From: Stylophora pistillata
Lineage: Eukaryota
Assembly: GCF_002571385.2 (NCBI RefSeq)
Contig: NW_019217883.1
Coordinates: 16,363 to 80,362, forward strand
Direction: 5' to 3'
DNA length: 64,000 nucleotides
Part shown: positions 38,073 to 53,000 of the stretch, in pieces
Layout: every line of letters starts with the position of its first letter
How positions within the stretch are numbered: the first letter of the stretch is position 1
Program-made: the position numbers and the translations under genes
Notes under the pieces: model-generated
Told to the model about the DNA's origin: nothing
Database searches by the model: none
What the model saw: only the letters and a program-made list of their open reading frames with translations

Positions 38073-41000
38073 TTGATACAAAATAAAATTCTGATAATTA
38101 GAAAAGTAGAAATAAGATTTTTGAAAGGGATGAAAGTAAATGTTGTTGTCGAGGAATTTGTCGAGTTGAGTCATGTACAGCTATAGGTGCATTTTTGAGG
38201 TTGGTTTAATGGCAACCATGGGAATTTGCATTAATATGTTACTTATTATAAATGACAATTTTGGCATTCCAACTTTATTAGTATGAAAACAATTTACTAA
38301 TTAATAATTTTAATCCTCGAATTACTGTCTCTCCTGGATAATACTTAACTACATGTAAATAACTTTGTTAAGACTTTCAGATTGACTTTTGTGTTTTCAA
38401 TTTCGTTGGCTTAACACATTTGAAAAGAATGTTGACATTTAGGATAAATTTCATTTGTTCTTATTCACATTCCAGTAATGCTTGGTTGAAAGAGTAGCTG
38501 TTTTTATCCTTTTTCTCCACTGTTTACATCACTAATCTAAAGCTTCGGATATTTCTATATTTAGATCAACCTGTAAGAGGTTTTATTTCCACAAAGACTT
38601 TTTCTTTGTGCTCTGATCTTAAGTATCTTCAACTTATTACTAGTTCTTTTGTTTGCACTTTCACTGTTTTTTATTATATCTGCTCAATGTTGTGTAAACT
38701 GCATGAAATTTTTTCACTGTAGTCATGCAATCAAGAACACTGTGCACGAAGATAATTAGACGGTCACATATCTGATTGAAAAAGCATGGACATTACATTT
38801 TTGTGTTAATAAAGGCTTGTTTCTGGTCTTCTAATTATCCAGGTCAAAAACAGAATAATTTGTCACAGCTGTTGATTTTAAGCAGAGATTTTGGGAGCTC
38901 ATTTCAATATATGCAGCAAATACCTGACAACTCCATCTGTTACTAAGGATTGAAAACCATTTTAAGTTAATTTTAAATGGTTTCTTTACAATTCTTGGCT
39001 GAAATAAACATTAGCTCTTCAAATGAAATGAATATTTTCCCCTCATTTTGATCAATAACTTATAACTACCGACGGTGCTCTCATAAAATATTAAACAGTG
39101 GTGTGCTGCTATTGGCTACTGTTGCTTTTAAATTTATTTTCAGTTGATGCAAAGTAGGCTCCAATTTCACTTATTGGTCATAAACCGTGTTTATCCCAGA
39201 ATAATACTGCACCTGGGTAATTATTGTTTTTAAGAAACTGGCCACTCAAGAATGCTTTTAAGGAACAAAGATCCGGCATAGAACAACATCCACAATTGGC
39301 TGACAAGAGGCTGAATTTAGAAGTGTAATTAATATGCTGTTCCAGCAGACATTGTAAAAACCAACATGGCCTCTTCTATGTTTCTCAAACAAGAGTAGCA
39401 TTTATCTTGGAATTATGGCATAACAGTTGGTTTTTCGGTATCAAATGTTTCAAAAGCTGGTCTGGTGTTTCAAGAGGAGAATGTGGCATTGATCCATGAG
39501 CTAATTTTAGAGGAAAGGACCATGAAAGATTCAATGTTTTAATGAATGTCTGCCTCAGAATAAACTGCTATGGTGGATGATCTTTTGAGTTCTGATGGCA
39601 TTTCTAAAGAGTATTTGGTGATTCTGAAGCAAATTGAAGATTATTGTAGCAGAGGGCCTGAGATAGACTTGGATTTTCAAAGGAACAGAAATGGTAATTT
39701 TTTACAATTTGAATCAAATTAATTTGTAGCAAAGCTAATAACTGATCTAAAGGCACACTTTGGCAAGCGTGATCAGCTTTTTGTAAATGACATTTGATGT
39801 CATCTGACAGACAGGCTGAGTTTATTTTTCAAGTTCTAATCTTCTGTGTTTCATTTTGTTATAAAAAATTATTCTCTGACAGGTAACAATTGCCTCACAG
39901 TGTGATTGTATGTGCTCAGTAAATTCTTAAGTCAGTGTTTGTATTTATAAATGCAGATAGATGACTCTAAAATGGCAATTTCAGTTTTACATTGTGAATA
40001 TATTTGGCTGTTTCAAGTAGCATTTTAGTTTCACTCCAAAAAAAAGTGATCTTCGATGTACATTTCTGTACTCTTATATTTTAGCAAGTATAGAATATTT
40101 TAGCAAGTACATGAACCTTTTAAGGCAATGTAAACAGAGAAGCAGTATAAATGCAAATTTTAGGTAATTGGCAAGGAAAATTATTAGGATTCTGTGGATT
40201 AAGATTATAAAAGTTTCATCCTGCATGTCTCAGTTGTTACCTGTAGATTCAGATATTGTGTTGCTTCAAAAATGTATCAAATTGTAAGGTTCAAGACATG
40301 GAAAATTTTGTGCTGAACAATGAGTAAGATAAATCCCTTGATACACAGCTGTTTACTACGTTCTCAAGTAATTTAACAGATTATTGTCTTGTGATTTGTC
40401 AAATATTTTATCTGTGGAGTCGATGTATGATTTGTGTACATGTTTATGACATCTCTACAAAAGATTTGCAAGAAGTAGATTTATTTTGGAACCATGCAGT
40501 TGTTAATTGTAGCTTAAATTCCCACTGTGAGTAATTGTTCTACTGTCTTGAATCAAATTGCCATGCTGTGATGTGTTACAAGTAAATTTTTCTGACTAGG
40601 TTTCTCAATAAAGTTGATTTTATTCATCCACAAAAAAAAAATAAACACTTGAAATTTCAATTCGTTCTCAGGGTACTCTGATTAACTATGGCAATTTCTG
40701 CAAACTCATCTTCAAGTTTCAACATGTCCTTGCCATGGAAATCACACGACATTTATCTATAGTATAGTTTGCTTTTTGAAAAGTACTGTTCCATCAAAAG
40801 CAACTGTTTCTGCTTGAAATTTTTCCTTAGCTGTAATAAACTAGCAGTCATATCATTTTAGAAGTAGTCTCGCTGAAATTTAAAGGCTTGTCGCATTGAA
40901 ACATTTGTTGTGCACTTGGATTTAGTTTGAGTAATTTCAAATGTATGGGTTCCTTACATTAGAGCCTTCAGCTGATTTGAAAATCATCTTCAAAGCTGAG

Positions 41001-44000
41001 ATAAGCTGCAGAACAGCTTTTCCTTTCCAATTGTATTTTTTGCTGTCAGTAGTCAACTATCAGAGGAAACTAGATTAAACAAAAGATATTTTTATGAGGT
41101 TTTGTTGTATAGATATACAGGAAGGTCATCTTGATAAGATCTATTGTGAAACTCCATATACCTTAGGGTCATGCTATTTTTAAATCTTTTATATTCAAAG
41201 CAGTTATTATAAATTTTATGTTCTGGTTTTCCTGTCCTTGCTGTTGAATTATTTCAGCAGTTACTTCTTATTGAACAAAACTCCCAAGCTTTCAAACTTT
41301 TTAGCATCAGAAACTCTAGCTGAAAATGTCTAAATCAAGACAACTAGGTCATGTAACTCAACACTGTGAAGTGAAGATATCATGTCTCAGGTATATGCTG
41401 ACACATTTTGTCATGAAATGCATGGGGATTGTACTTCTTCAAGGATTATAAACTGTGGGAGTATTATGTACAATAACAATCATGGGGAATTGGTAGGAAA
41501 TTGATACTTTATTTGGAGGACCTGAAATAAATATATCAGCCATGTAAGTCATGTTCAGTAGAAAATCTTGCCAAAAATTGAGAGTTAAATTTTTCTTTGG
41601 TAACTTCTAGCATAGATATTGTCTGAAGATCTGGTACGAGTGTTCTGCATGAATCTTAGGATTGAAAATACTTGCCAAAAAAAAAAAAAAAAATTATCAT
41701 AAGCTCATTTTTTTAAATTCTTATTTCACTTCAGGATCCTCCAGGGTGAATGGTGAAGTGGAGACAGATGGAGCAAAGGTAACGAAAATGGTGATTGGTG
41801 TATTGTTCTNNNNNNNNNNNNNNNNNNNNNNNNNNNNNNNNNNNNNNNNNNNNNNNNNNNNNNNNNNNNNNNNNNNNNNNNNNNNNNNNNNNNNNNNNNN
41901 NNNNNNNNNNNNNNNNNNNNNNNNNNNNNNNNNNNNNNNNNNNNNNNNNNNNNNNNNNNNNNNNNNNNNNNNNNNNNNNNNNNNNNNNNNNNNNNNNNNN
42001 NNNNNNNNNNNNNNNNNNNNNNNNNNNNNNNNNNNNNNNNNNNNNNNNNNNNNNNNNNNNNNNNNNTTTTTTTTTTACATGGTTCTGTAACTTACAGTGC
42101 AGACTGATAAAATGAAGTTAGGAAGATATCTACGTTATCTCTGGGTTCAAATAGAGGGAGAAGACTTCAGTTCAAACAAACTTTTGAATTTAGTGAGCCA
42201 TACAGTGAAATACGGCCTGCTAAATAGACCAATCGCAGAACATTTACCAACTGAGAGATGTATTGATTTATTTTACATCTGATGTGATCAGAAGTATGTG
42301 ATTAATTTATTACCATTATTTTTATACTTTTCTTTTATGAATGAATCAAATCATTGTTTCTGACTCTGTCATGTCTGGGGTATAAAACCAACTTTTTCTG
42401 AAACGTATATAAAAATACAAGAAAAGATACGGCATATTTTTTATTTTCAATGTCCCTGATAATTTGGCATATATTCTTGTATTGTGTACAGATGTGACTC
42501 TGAAATAGTTTGTAGCCAGGTGCAGAGAAATGTCTAGAAAAATTAGAAATTATATTTGCATGATGGATCTGGAGACAGAATGTCTGGAAGTGTCAAAACA
42601 TAGCTTATAACTGAATAGTAATTATTTACAGAGTAGGGACTATAGAGTGAAACACAATGCATATATCTTTCATGTTGAGTGGCACATTAGAGACACATGA
42701 TTTTGCACAGATGATAGAACACCCTTTTTTAAATTTTGAGCTCTTGACATGGGAAAAAATATTGACTTGTAACTGAGATGTTATGTTTGTAGTGGCTGTT
42801 AAACTTACAATTCATGGAAAAAAATTGTCGGCAGGTATTCTTATGTGTAGTGCTTTTGCATGATAATAGCGCTGGAATGATTTTGTGAAGCCGTGTGAAT
42901 AATGATAAGCTTTCTTGCTTTCTTTGTGTGGCACTGTGTTGTTGTTGTTCTTTTTTTCCGCTTGCTGCCAAGCATGCGTCGTTAACTATTCGTTGATACT
43001 TGAAATGTCAAGTGGCCAAATTTAGGAGGTTTTTTTTCAGCCATTTCGTGATTTTGTAGAATGGTTTGTTTTAGTAGGTACGAAGTGGTTGATTGCAATT
43101 TCAGTTCTACATGATAGGGAAATGTTTTGTTGTATAAATTTAAGTGGTGTATCAAATATCAATTTTTTTCTTGTTTACTTAACCACCAATTGAAGTAGAA
43201 TCTTTAGTGAAAGGAAAGTGTTAAATTATAGTTTGGCATTCTTTCGACAGCCTGATTTTAGTTTTCGTTCCACACAAAAATGGTGTATGCTCTTCCATCT
43301 TATTTTAAGACTGTCATCGATTCCAGCTATCAAATCTCAAGTTTTTGTTCCCAGTAGAGACCAGTTAGTAATTTCTCCTTACATTATTAGCACATTGCTA
43401 AACGGGTAGGTGCGGAGAATGAATTACCACATCATTTGGAGGGATGCTGTTTGATTTAAAACCAAATTCTTGCAAGTAATATTACCAGGAAAGTATCTCA
43501 GAGAGTAAGGAGAATTTTTTTTGAGATCTTGGGAATGGAAGGCTTCTTGTTAAATATAATTTTAAAATCCAAATTATAGTCAACTTTGCTGGTTAGAGAG
43601 AGGAGCTTGTTAGAGCACTGACGGTGTAATTATTATTTTTTTTTTAATTTATTTAAACGTATATGATTTGAATTTGTTCATTTTCAGCTTTCCACACCAG
43701 TGCCTTCCAGAACAGCATCCGTGAAAAAAGGCGGACCACAGAGAAAAACCAGTGGGTCTAAAACTTCAGGCCCGTCATCGAACTCAGGTTGAAGAGTTTT
43801 TGCTTCCTTTTTATATTCCTATTTTGTTTTATAGGTAAACTTAGTCTACGAGTCAGACGGTCCATCCTGCAAGGCGTATCCTTAAAGTGATAAAGACTAT
43901 TACCAATCCTCCCTCGTCTTTCACAAAGTTACCGCCATCCACTCACCAACATTTCGTCAAGTTTTCGTGACCACCAACTCATCACAGTGACGTGGCCGTG

Positions 44001-47000
44001 GTTTGAACCCGAGACCCGTTCCTCGAGAGTCCCGCTGGCGTTACGTGCCCGTCGCCATATTTTAAGGAATTGAACTGGGGGTCATAGGTTAAGACCAGTG
44101 GACTGATTCAGTATCATGACATTTGTATTGTTTGAAAGACCATTAATATCTCGATTTCCAATTGTAGTCCTAAGCTCATGCAAAATTGTAATGCGATGGA
44201 AATGTGAAGAAATGAGAAGTAAGAACTTGACGAAAACTTTAGTGTTGAAAAAACTCTCAGCTTCCAGTGGAATCGAATAAAAACAGGAAGCTGGCTCATA
44301 CTTTGCCGAGGTGTACTTATTTAGTTTTTATGGTTGTTTAACCCGCTAGTTTTCTTCACAGCTTCTGCAGGAGCAGTTGACGAGGCAGACTTTGAAAATG
44401 CATTTCTTGACTGTCCTGACATCAAGGTTTGTAAAAATGAAGACATGCGGAATACAAAGAACTAATAAACCATAAATCCAACACTATGAAGACCTTCGTT
44501 TAAAATTTGCGTCAAAACTGAAGCCGGGCGTTCTTCCGTTGTGACAGAAAAAGAGGCAAACCTTTTGCTCGTTAAGCCTTCATTCCCAAGATGTCATTAG
44601 TACTTCTCCTTGGTGTTAATGCTAGTAATGTTAATTAATAATCCCCCTGTTAATCCCCTACTTGATATATTTGTCTTAATTCTCGTCACTTGAGATTCTG
44701 TGTTGGTCACTCATGGGATTTAAATCTTTAACTCGCGATAGAGTACAGTGAAAAGGCAACATCTGCGGCACTAGATGTCTCTAACGGAAAGCTGTTTGTA
44801 AACGTTTGGCGCGAAAATATTCCGTCATATTTGTTACCCTAGACACTTTCTGTTCCTCGAAGCACGCAGTTTCTTCGAGCTTTGTTATAAAAAAAAAAAA
44901 AAAACTGTTCGTCAGCAATTTTGACCCCTACATTACTTAGAGATAATTTTTTTTTTCAGGTTTATAGCAGTAAAGATCTAACCGAAGAGATGGCGAAGAT
45001 TCAGTCCGTGTTGTCGGATGATAAAAACGATTGGGAACACAGAGTAGCTGCGGTACGTATTGCATTTTTCAAGCTTTCCCTTCGTGGAGAGATTTGCGAT
45101 GGCGTGTCGCCAAAGCAAAACCACAGTGATCACAACGGCCTATCAGAATGAAGGAAACAACACAGAGAGCCAATGAGATCAAAGTAAAACAAGCAAACTG
45201 CGTTAAGCGCGGGAAAACGCCAATAACGCTCTGACGAAGGGCTAACGCTCGAAACGTCAGCTTTTAAACCTTTAAGGCGGCCAATTTACACAATCAACTT
45301 AGTTGATAAAACCAAATTGCCAATAATCCAAGTCGCGATTGGATATAATTTTGCCTCTGATTGGTTGAAAGGTTGGTGCGTGCTTTCTCGACCAATCATG
45401 AAGCGAAGTTCAGTAGAACCAGAGATATGTCCACAAATGCATGCAGTAACGAAAACTGTGGCGAAATTCGTCGAAATCGTCAATTTCGCCCAGCTGATTT
45501 CACTTTGACGAATTTGACTAAAATTCAACGAAATCATCAGTTGAATCTAACTTACTTTGCTGTACCTTTGTATCCTCCTTTAGCTCAAGAAAATTCGCAG
45601 CTTGATTAACGGAGGGGCTTTAGAATACGATAACTTTGTGTCGCTGGTGAGACTACAAGAGGGCGCATTCAAACTCTCGGTTAGTAAAGTTTTGAAATAA
45701 TTTGGATATATCAACAAAGTTGAAATGGCAAATTGGCCACCGTAACGATTACAAAAGCTGACGTTTCGAGCGTTAGCCCTTCGTCGGAGCGAAAGGGCTA
45801 ACGTCCGACGAAGGGCTAACGCTCGAAACGTCAGCTTTTGTGATCGTTACCATTTCGACTTTGTTGATATATCCAAATTATTTGGTTACCCCCACCGACG
45901 CAGCCCCAAACAGTTTCTTTAGAAACTATCAGCCTTTATTCATTAGTAAAGTTTTGGTTTTCTAAATCGACTCGACGTTTTGGTGTAGGTTTTAGTTAAA
46001 AAGTAAATGAATAAATGACTGTTTTGGCTGCAGTTTCCTATGTCATGCGAATTATGGAGATCCATCTTTCAAAATTCGTTTTACGCTGCCATCGATCACT
46101 TTTGGTCCTCTAAAGGTAAGTAGGATTTTGAGAGAGAGCAAAAAGTAGTTTTTTGCTAAAGTGTTACTCAAAGGAACCATCCGAAATTGTGACAATTATT
46201 TCTGGTTACTTTCAGACGAAGGATCTCCGATCATCTGTTACAAGAGAGGCTTGTGTAACCTTAAGGTGAGTTGCAGGTTGAAATTTCCAGTTTGATCTCC
46301 TGAATTGACAGAGAAAAGGAAGTGAGAATTTTCACCTGTTTCCTCTAGCTACTTGTCTACCGTCTTGAAGAATCAGTTTGATCACACGGCAGAAGCTGTT
46401 TTGCCGACCCTTATCAACTTGATCACTAACAGCGCCAAGGTGAGAAAAATCTTCTGTTCCCTTAAAGGTACTCTTTAGTTCCCTCAATCTCCAGGAATGT
46501 GACGTATTGCTATGACGTCAGGGCGATATTGCAGTGGTCGGTAGTTATCGTGCGATTTCTTATTGGTTGACAGGGATCGGAAGATCGTGGTGTACCAACC
46601 GAAACCGTACCCGCCAAAATTCACCCGATACGGGTCTAGCGGGGAATTGCTCAAAATTTTGTTAGGAATAGAAAACAACCTATCTTGCCAATGCGCTTAG
46701 CTGTTGCTTTTCTCTACCTTCTCACCTTTTCTAATGAACAAGCCCCTAATTAAGGACTGACTTTGGCTGCCATGACTGCAAAAAAAGTTATTTTGTTAGC
46801 TGGCATACAAACTTGCTGCGGTTTCAAAAGTGCACGAGCTGATCACGTGCGAGTTGTAAGTTCAAGTTTTTGCTTCCCTAAGGAGTTGGTGAGTTTTGTT
46901 CGACCCATGCCTCATGACCTGTTCTCCTCCAATTCTCCAATCAGAAATCGTCTTTGTGTTTTTTTTCCTGACAGATTATGGCAACCTCTGGTCATGCTTG

Positions 47001-50000
47001 TATCAGCTTTATTCTGAAAGTGAGTTTTAAATTTCAGCTTCTTTTGTCGTGTTTAAGAATCCTATTTTTACATGTTGACGCATATTGATCTCTTTTTTTT
47101 TTTGTCTCTCTGTCAAACAGAATACTCACTCTCATCGGCTTATCCCAGTTATAACCAACAATATGACATCCAAGTCAAGCATCATTCGACGGTAAATGCC
47201 TAATGATATAACACGTCTCAGTTATTACTCGCGCTGTGACAAGTCAGTTTAGCAGACCTTACTACTCACCCACTCAAATTTACGACTTTTTTGTGGCCAA
47301 AACTCGTTATTTGTCGCCTATAATTGTTCATAACTTTAATAGACAAATGAAGAGTTAATGTGGTTGCTCTCCTAAATTGTCCTCCAACAAGGTTAGAAAT
47401 GACACTCATCTGACTTTGTGTGGTCAAATTTTGAAACTTTATTCCGGGCAATTGCACGTTACAATCGAACAGGATTTTCGGACATTTTATTAGATTATTT
47501 TGACCTCCTCCTCTGAAGTTACTGTCCATTGTTAAACGTTGTCTTGACAGATTGTCCAAGCCATGTTTTAAAGATATATCATAGAGCAAAAGTGTTCTTA
47601 TTTTTTGTACTTTACGATTGAAATAGTCTACGAAAATCGCCCTTGAACGATTCGTTTATTGCGGCAGAGTGTAAGACCTTGATATATGTTCCCTCAAACT
47701 CTCGCAATGTAACTCCTTTTGCATAGGCAATGGATGGTCAAAAAATTGCTGTGTTCCCTCATCGAAATCATTAATTAATACATATTTGGTTTTTATTTCT
47801 TTTTCAGTCGCTGCTGTGGATATGTTGACCTGTTTCTTACTCACTGGGAGACGTCCACAATAAAATCGTAAGTACACACTAAATTTGCAATGCTTTCTTT
47901 TTTTTTTTTCTTTGTGTCAAAGCGGCAGATTTTTCCCCCCCCAGAGTGCCACATTTTTCGATTAAAAAACCAATCATATTTCTAAATGTCCGAAACACCA
48001 ATGATTTTGCGAACATTTCCGAAGACGTACCGAGTATTCTCCGAAAGGTGTCTTGAAGAGTTTGCACCAACTGTTTTCGTTTCTTCCCTACAGAACTGAA
48101 CTTCTCAACCAATATGCGATCATTCGCATGAAGTTTTGTTCTCTTGTATGACTTAAATTTATTTTGTGCTTCATAATTTTCAAAACATTTGTCAGTTTAA
48201 GCTGCTAGAGCTCATTTTTCCCCGTCGGGGGGGGGGGGGGGGAAGGGGGAATCGCTCGACAAGTGTGGGCTTCGATGAGACCCGAGTTCCGGTCCACCTC
48301 CGTTGGAATCACTCCGAGCACTTTCAGGGTTGCAAGTACAAAGATATCAGTGTTGAAATAAATAGAAAATGTATTTAAGATTCGGGGTGACTATTTTCTT
48401 GTGTATGTGAAGCTGCAATACGTTTTCTCTTCTTTCCTCTTCTCAGCCGTGTTAGTGAAATAGAGGAAGCAATTCGGAAAGGAATTTCAGATGCTGATCC
48501 CGAAGCCAGGGCTGGCATGCGAAGGTAGATACAAGAAAGAAATCTTGGCGTGATAAGTCATCGGAAATTTCCCTTTTATCGTTCGGAAGAAACTGTTCCG
48601 TGCCAGAGTTTTGGTGTCCAAGAAGTTGCGAAACCTGACCGCTCACCTTAAGGAATTTTCGGTTCTTTTGAAATGCGGTTTACTGATATTTTTGACAACA
48701 AAATCTCGCAAGTTTTATTAGGAGCTTTGAAAGGTCAGCGGTCTTGTCTCGTCGATAATCGGAGAATCATTGTGGAGCCTTTTATGTTACGCAAGCACGT
48801 AGAAATAGCGTGGCGGAGTTACTACGGAGAGAATTTTGCGAAGTTCTACCAAAGAGTCTACCTGTCTGTCACCATTTATTTCTATTATCTTGTTTTCCAA
48901 TGTCTACATCAGTTTTTTCAAACCGCAAAGCGTAACTGGAATTTACGCTTGAATTTTAGCGTTCAACTTTAGGGGAAAAGACGCAAACTTTCTACCATAA
49001 TTAAGATTTTGATAATATTGTAGAAAAATCGAGCCACTGCTACAGTTTTTCTCTTCAAAAATTTAAATTGGAATTTTCCGAAGATTTCCCGTCAAGATGG
49101 TCAACGGAATTAGTTTTGAGACTCTGGTTGTTTATCTCATTGGATACAGAACTGGACTCTTTGCTTCGTGTTGGAGCCTATTTTTTTCCTTTTGTTTTTT
49201 ATTTTCAATAAGTTACTGTAATTCAAATCAACTTGCAAAGTGTTTGTCGCAATAGGAATGCGCTGATCAGAAACCAAAATGTTCTAGAATGTAATTTTTT
49301 TGTTGTTGAGAACGAAGAAGGTTCTGTGACGCCTAGGAGACGCGAAATGGACAGTTTCGTTTTCGCCAAGTAATTTTTATTTCTCTATTAGTGTGGATGA
49401 TTGAATCTCAAAATAGTTCAACACCCCCAAGAGATTGTCCTAACTACATACAACTCTTTTCTTTTGAAAAGAAAGAATATAACTGTAAATGTAAACGCCA
49501 TTACTACTTCCCAATACAGATCGAAAATTAACAGCTTTACGGAGCACTTTTGAGTTTGTTTGTTCATGTGCGTTCTTATAAATTTTCAGGGCTTTCTGGC
49601 ATTACCATGAACACTTCAGAGATAGGGCAGAGAGGTAGGTCTGCTTTATATTTGAATCTTGGCCTTCCTTTCAGCTGCCAAACAATCTCTATGAATATTC
49701 ATTACTGGATAATTAGTTCTGCAATTCGGCAACCGACCAGATTCGTGTGCGGTTCGGCAACTTTACATGTATTTTTTTTTCCTCGTAGTTTTGTTAATTG
49801 CGGGAGTGATATTTTGAGTTTTTTCAGGCTGGCTGCCGTAAACTAAAGCAAAAATATAGATCGCAATTGATTTCGTTAATATATTGCTGTCTTTTCTTCG
49901 CACAATGCCTCTGGAAGTGTGGCGCAGAGGCTACTTCATAGAGGACCAACCGTCATGGATTTACTACTACAAGTACAAAACCTAACTCTTAGCATCCCAG

Positions 50001-53000
50001 TTTGAATTTGGCCCTCAAAATTTCATACTCTGTTCAACTTATTTTTTTCCTTTTTTCTTGCAGTTTGTTGAAATCGTTCGATGCCTCGAAGCAGAAACAG
50101 CTCGAAAATGACCGTAACCTTTCCAATCTTGGCCCTGTAAAAAGTTCATCGTCCGGGCGATTCGTTTCTGTAAAACCGAGCAAGCCGATTTCTGGAAACA
50201 GGGTGCGCTCATCCAGTGCGGCTAGCGAAGACGGCACTACAAGGTTAGATTGCAGAACACATGATAAGAAAATTAACGGGTTGTTTAAAGCTTTAATTTC
50301 GTGATTTCACGGTTTGTAATTATTGCTCAAGGGTATAGAATCATTCAGCATGCTTCTCGAAGAGTTTTTTTCTCGTGATGGATACGTTAGGTTTTTATTT
50401 TTCGTGCAGATTTTGCTGTTTGACGTGTGCGCCTCACGGACAATGGCGAGTAATCTTAATTAGAACTCTTTGTATAGCTGTTCAGTTCAATAGCTCAATG
50501 TTTACTCCTACCTAGCGGAGAAAATACAGCAATAATACACCAGCAGGTTTCTCTGGTTTTTATTCAACGATTTGACATTCAATTTTTCAAAGTGTGTAAC
50601 GATTTTCTTTAAGTGCGAAAAGCATTTTTAATCGAATCTCGTCTACTCTTTATGTTAAATTTTAGAACTTCTGTTAATTCGCGTTATGGTTCATTTCATG
50701 TGGAGTTATTTAATAGGCGTGCATGAATTCTCTAGTTGAAACGAGAGGTAGTTGAGGCAGTTCACACCGATATGAGCGCCAAAACACGATATTGCAGAGT
50801 TGTGTATTGGCTTTACAATGGAATCCGCAGATTTAGAAATTTTCGAACATCGCTTTTCTTTCTTCTTCTCTTTGGTAATTAGGTAGACTTAAAATGCTTG
50901 GCTGTTCTTTTGGATTACAGCACAATGGTTTGCCGCAAAATGATTTCTGCTGGTGGCGCGGCTTTGAGGAATAAAAGAAGGATTGATTCTATTGTGTTAA
51001 TAACTCGCCAAGTAATTATTGTTGACGCATATCGATAGATATCGAGTGTTGAGCAATGTTTACAGATACTTTAATCTGTTTCAATATAGTTTCAAATTAT
51101 GTGAGAACCATGTCAAGTATGTTTTTGAGTCGTGATGAGATTGCCGCAAGGCGGTGAATGTGTAATTGTAAATGGATACTTCGGTGGTGTACGGAGAACT
51201 CAAATATCCTTAATTGCCGTAGGTAGGATTGAGTTTTCCTCACATGTTATTGTTTACAGTTCACGTCACACAGCGCCTTCCCGTCAGACAGTGGGAGCCT
51301 CAAGCCGTGCAGCGAGAACCACTCACAGAGAAGGTGAGATAAAAAAGGTGGCAAAGTTAAGACGCCTATACCGACATGAAAATTGTCCCTTGCTCACAAG
51401 GAAATTCCTGAATTCTTGAAGAATTTAAGGGTAGGCGAGGAAGTAACCAAGAACATGACATAGTCGTGCCAAGGTCAGGAAGAGTTGTTTAAGTCGTTAT
51501 GCAGCCAATCCTTTGTTGGTAGACAGCAGTTTTACAGTCTTGCAGAAAGTTTTACTGCTTGAAGTAAAGTAAAGTAAAACTTTATTTAGACAGGGTAGCC
51601 CATTCGGCGCGAAGGCAGGTACCCATAGGGTCCCTGTATCAAAATGCAATTATGATTGCAATGTATCGAAACTAAAATTACGTTAAAAAATGTAATTTCT
51701 ATCAAGTGACTTAAAAAAATTAGAATCGCGTAAAAGCACTGTTTTGCGCGGCCACAGAACGTCTCTATGACTCTGGTTTTCCTAAGATCAGTAGCCACCA
51801 TCTCATTAAAAATTTTCGCTCTTTTAAAAGAAAAGTCTTTTTTCTCAAAACCTTTATTTGCCTTCGGTAACAATAATGTACTATTTTGCTTTGAAAAATA
51901 GTTACGATTATTAAAAAAAGCTAAAATACGGTGAGAAATAAGCTAGAACTAAGGAGTTAGGATTTCAAAATCTTATTTAATCAACCGTAATGCAGATACT
52001 ATGGAAAGTTCAAGTTAAAGATCGGGAGGGAAAGGGCTTACGTATGCTTTGAGTTACTTTCATTCAATCACATCTTTTGCGATCTTTTTTCTCAGATTCC
52101 CGCCATGCTGTGGCATCTAAGGGAACAGGCTCTCTCCTTTCTCCCATGGCTGCTCTTGGTCGTTCCCTCAGTAATATCGACCAGCGGTCCGCTGAACGAG
52201 CCAGTGCTCGTTCTAAGATCCGCGCAGTACCTCGGACGTCACCTCAAAGCCATCACATGCAACAGCGCCAAATTCGACCCCAATACCCCTCCAGGGGCAC
52301 TGTTTCTCAACGTAAGTAAGAAAAGGAGCGTTACAAATAAATAGTGGAACAACTAATCGAAATGAAAAAAGAAAAACGAATAGATAAACAGAATCTCAAA
52401 GTTAATTTTCTTTTTTTAGCTGGAAGTCGATCCCAGTCTCCTGAACGATTGCTATCCACCTTCCCTCCCCGGGAGAGGTCTGAGGTGTACTGTCGGAGAG
52501 AAAGTATATCTAGAACAAAGATACCCACTCCAAGGTAAAACTAATACGTAGCGAAATTCTCCAAATCGTTGATCTTACATGTTGAAATGATAGTAGGAGA
52601 ATTTAGCCTTTTGTCATGGGGTAAAAGATAGAAATTAATGCTTAGACAACCATGGTGCCTATTTAGTTAGAGAGAGGTCTTTTTCATTAGAAATTAGAAT
52701 TTCAAACTAAGTCGTATCCAACAATGTATTGTCTCTGAATTTTGTGAAAGCCTGTTCCTCTTTTGTGCTATTTGTTAATTGGGCGATCGGTTTTTTTCAG
52801 TGCATTGAGAACTTCCTTCGGGTCCTGAAACAACAAGAGAAATAGTTTAATTAAAGGGGTTTCAAAAAAGGTCTACCGCCGCCTAGAAGACCTCTAAGCG
52901 CGCCTGTTTAGCGAGTAGGCTCACGCGTTTGGTTACACCCTACGGGTCTTTTTCCGGGACCGCCACTTATGGAAAAAGTTATTGAAACGCCTTTAAGTGC

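Noticed and set aside
40150-40168. ATGCAAATTTTAG|gtaatt as another CLASP alternative first exon
   Set aside because: Only four codons, easily produced by chance.
41662-42115. ORFs spanning the N run
   Set aside because: Artefacts of the assembly gap; only 41735-41778 is a supported exon.
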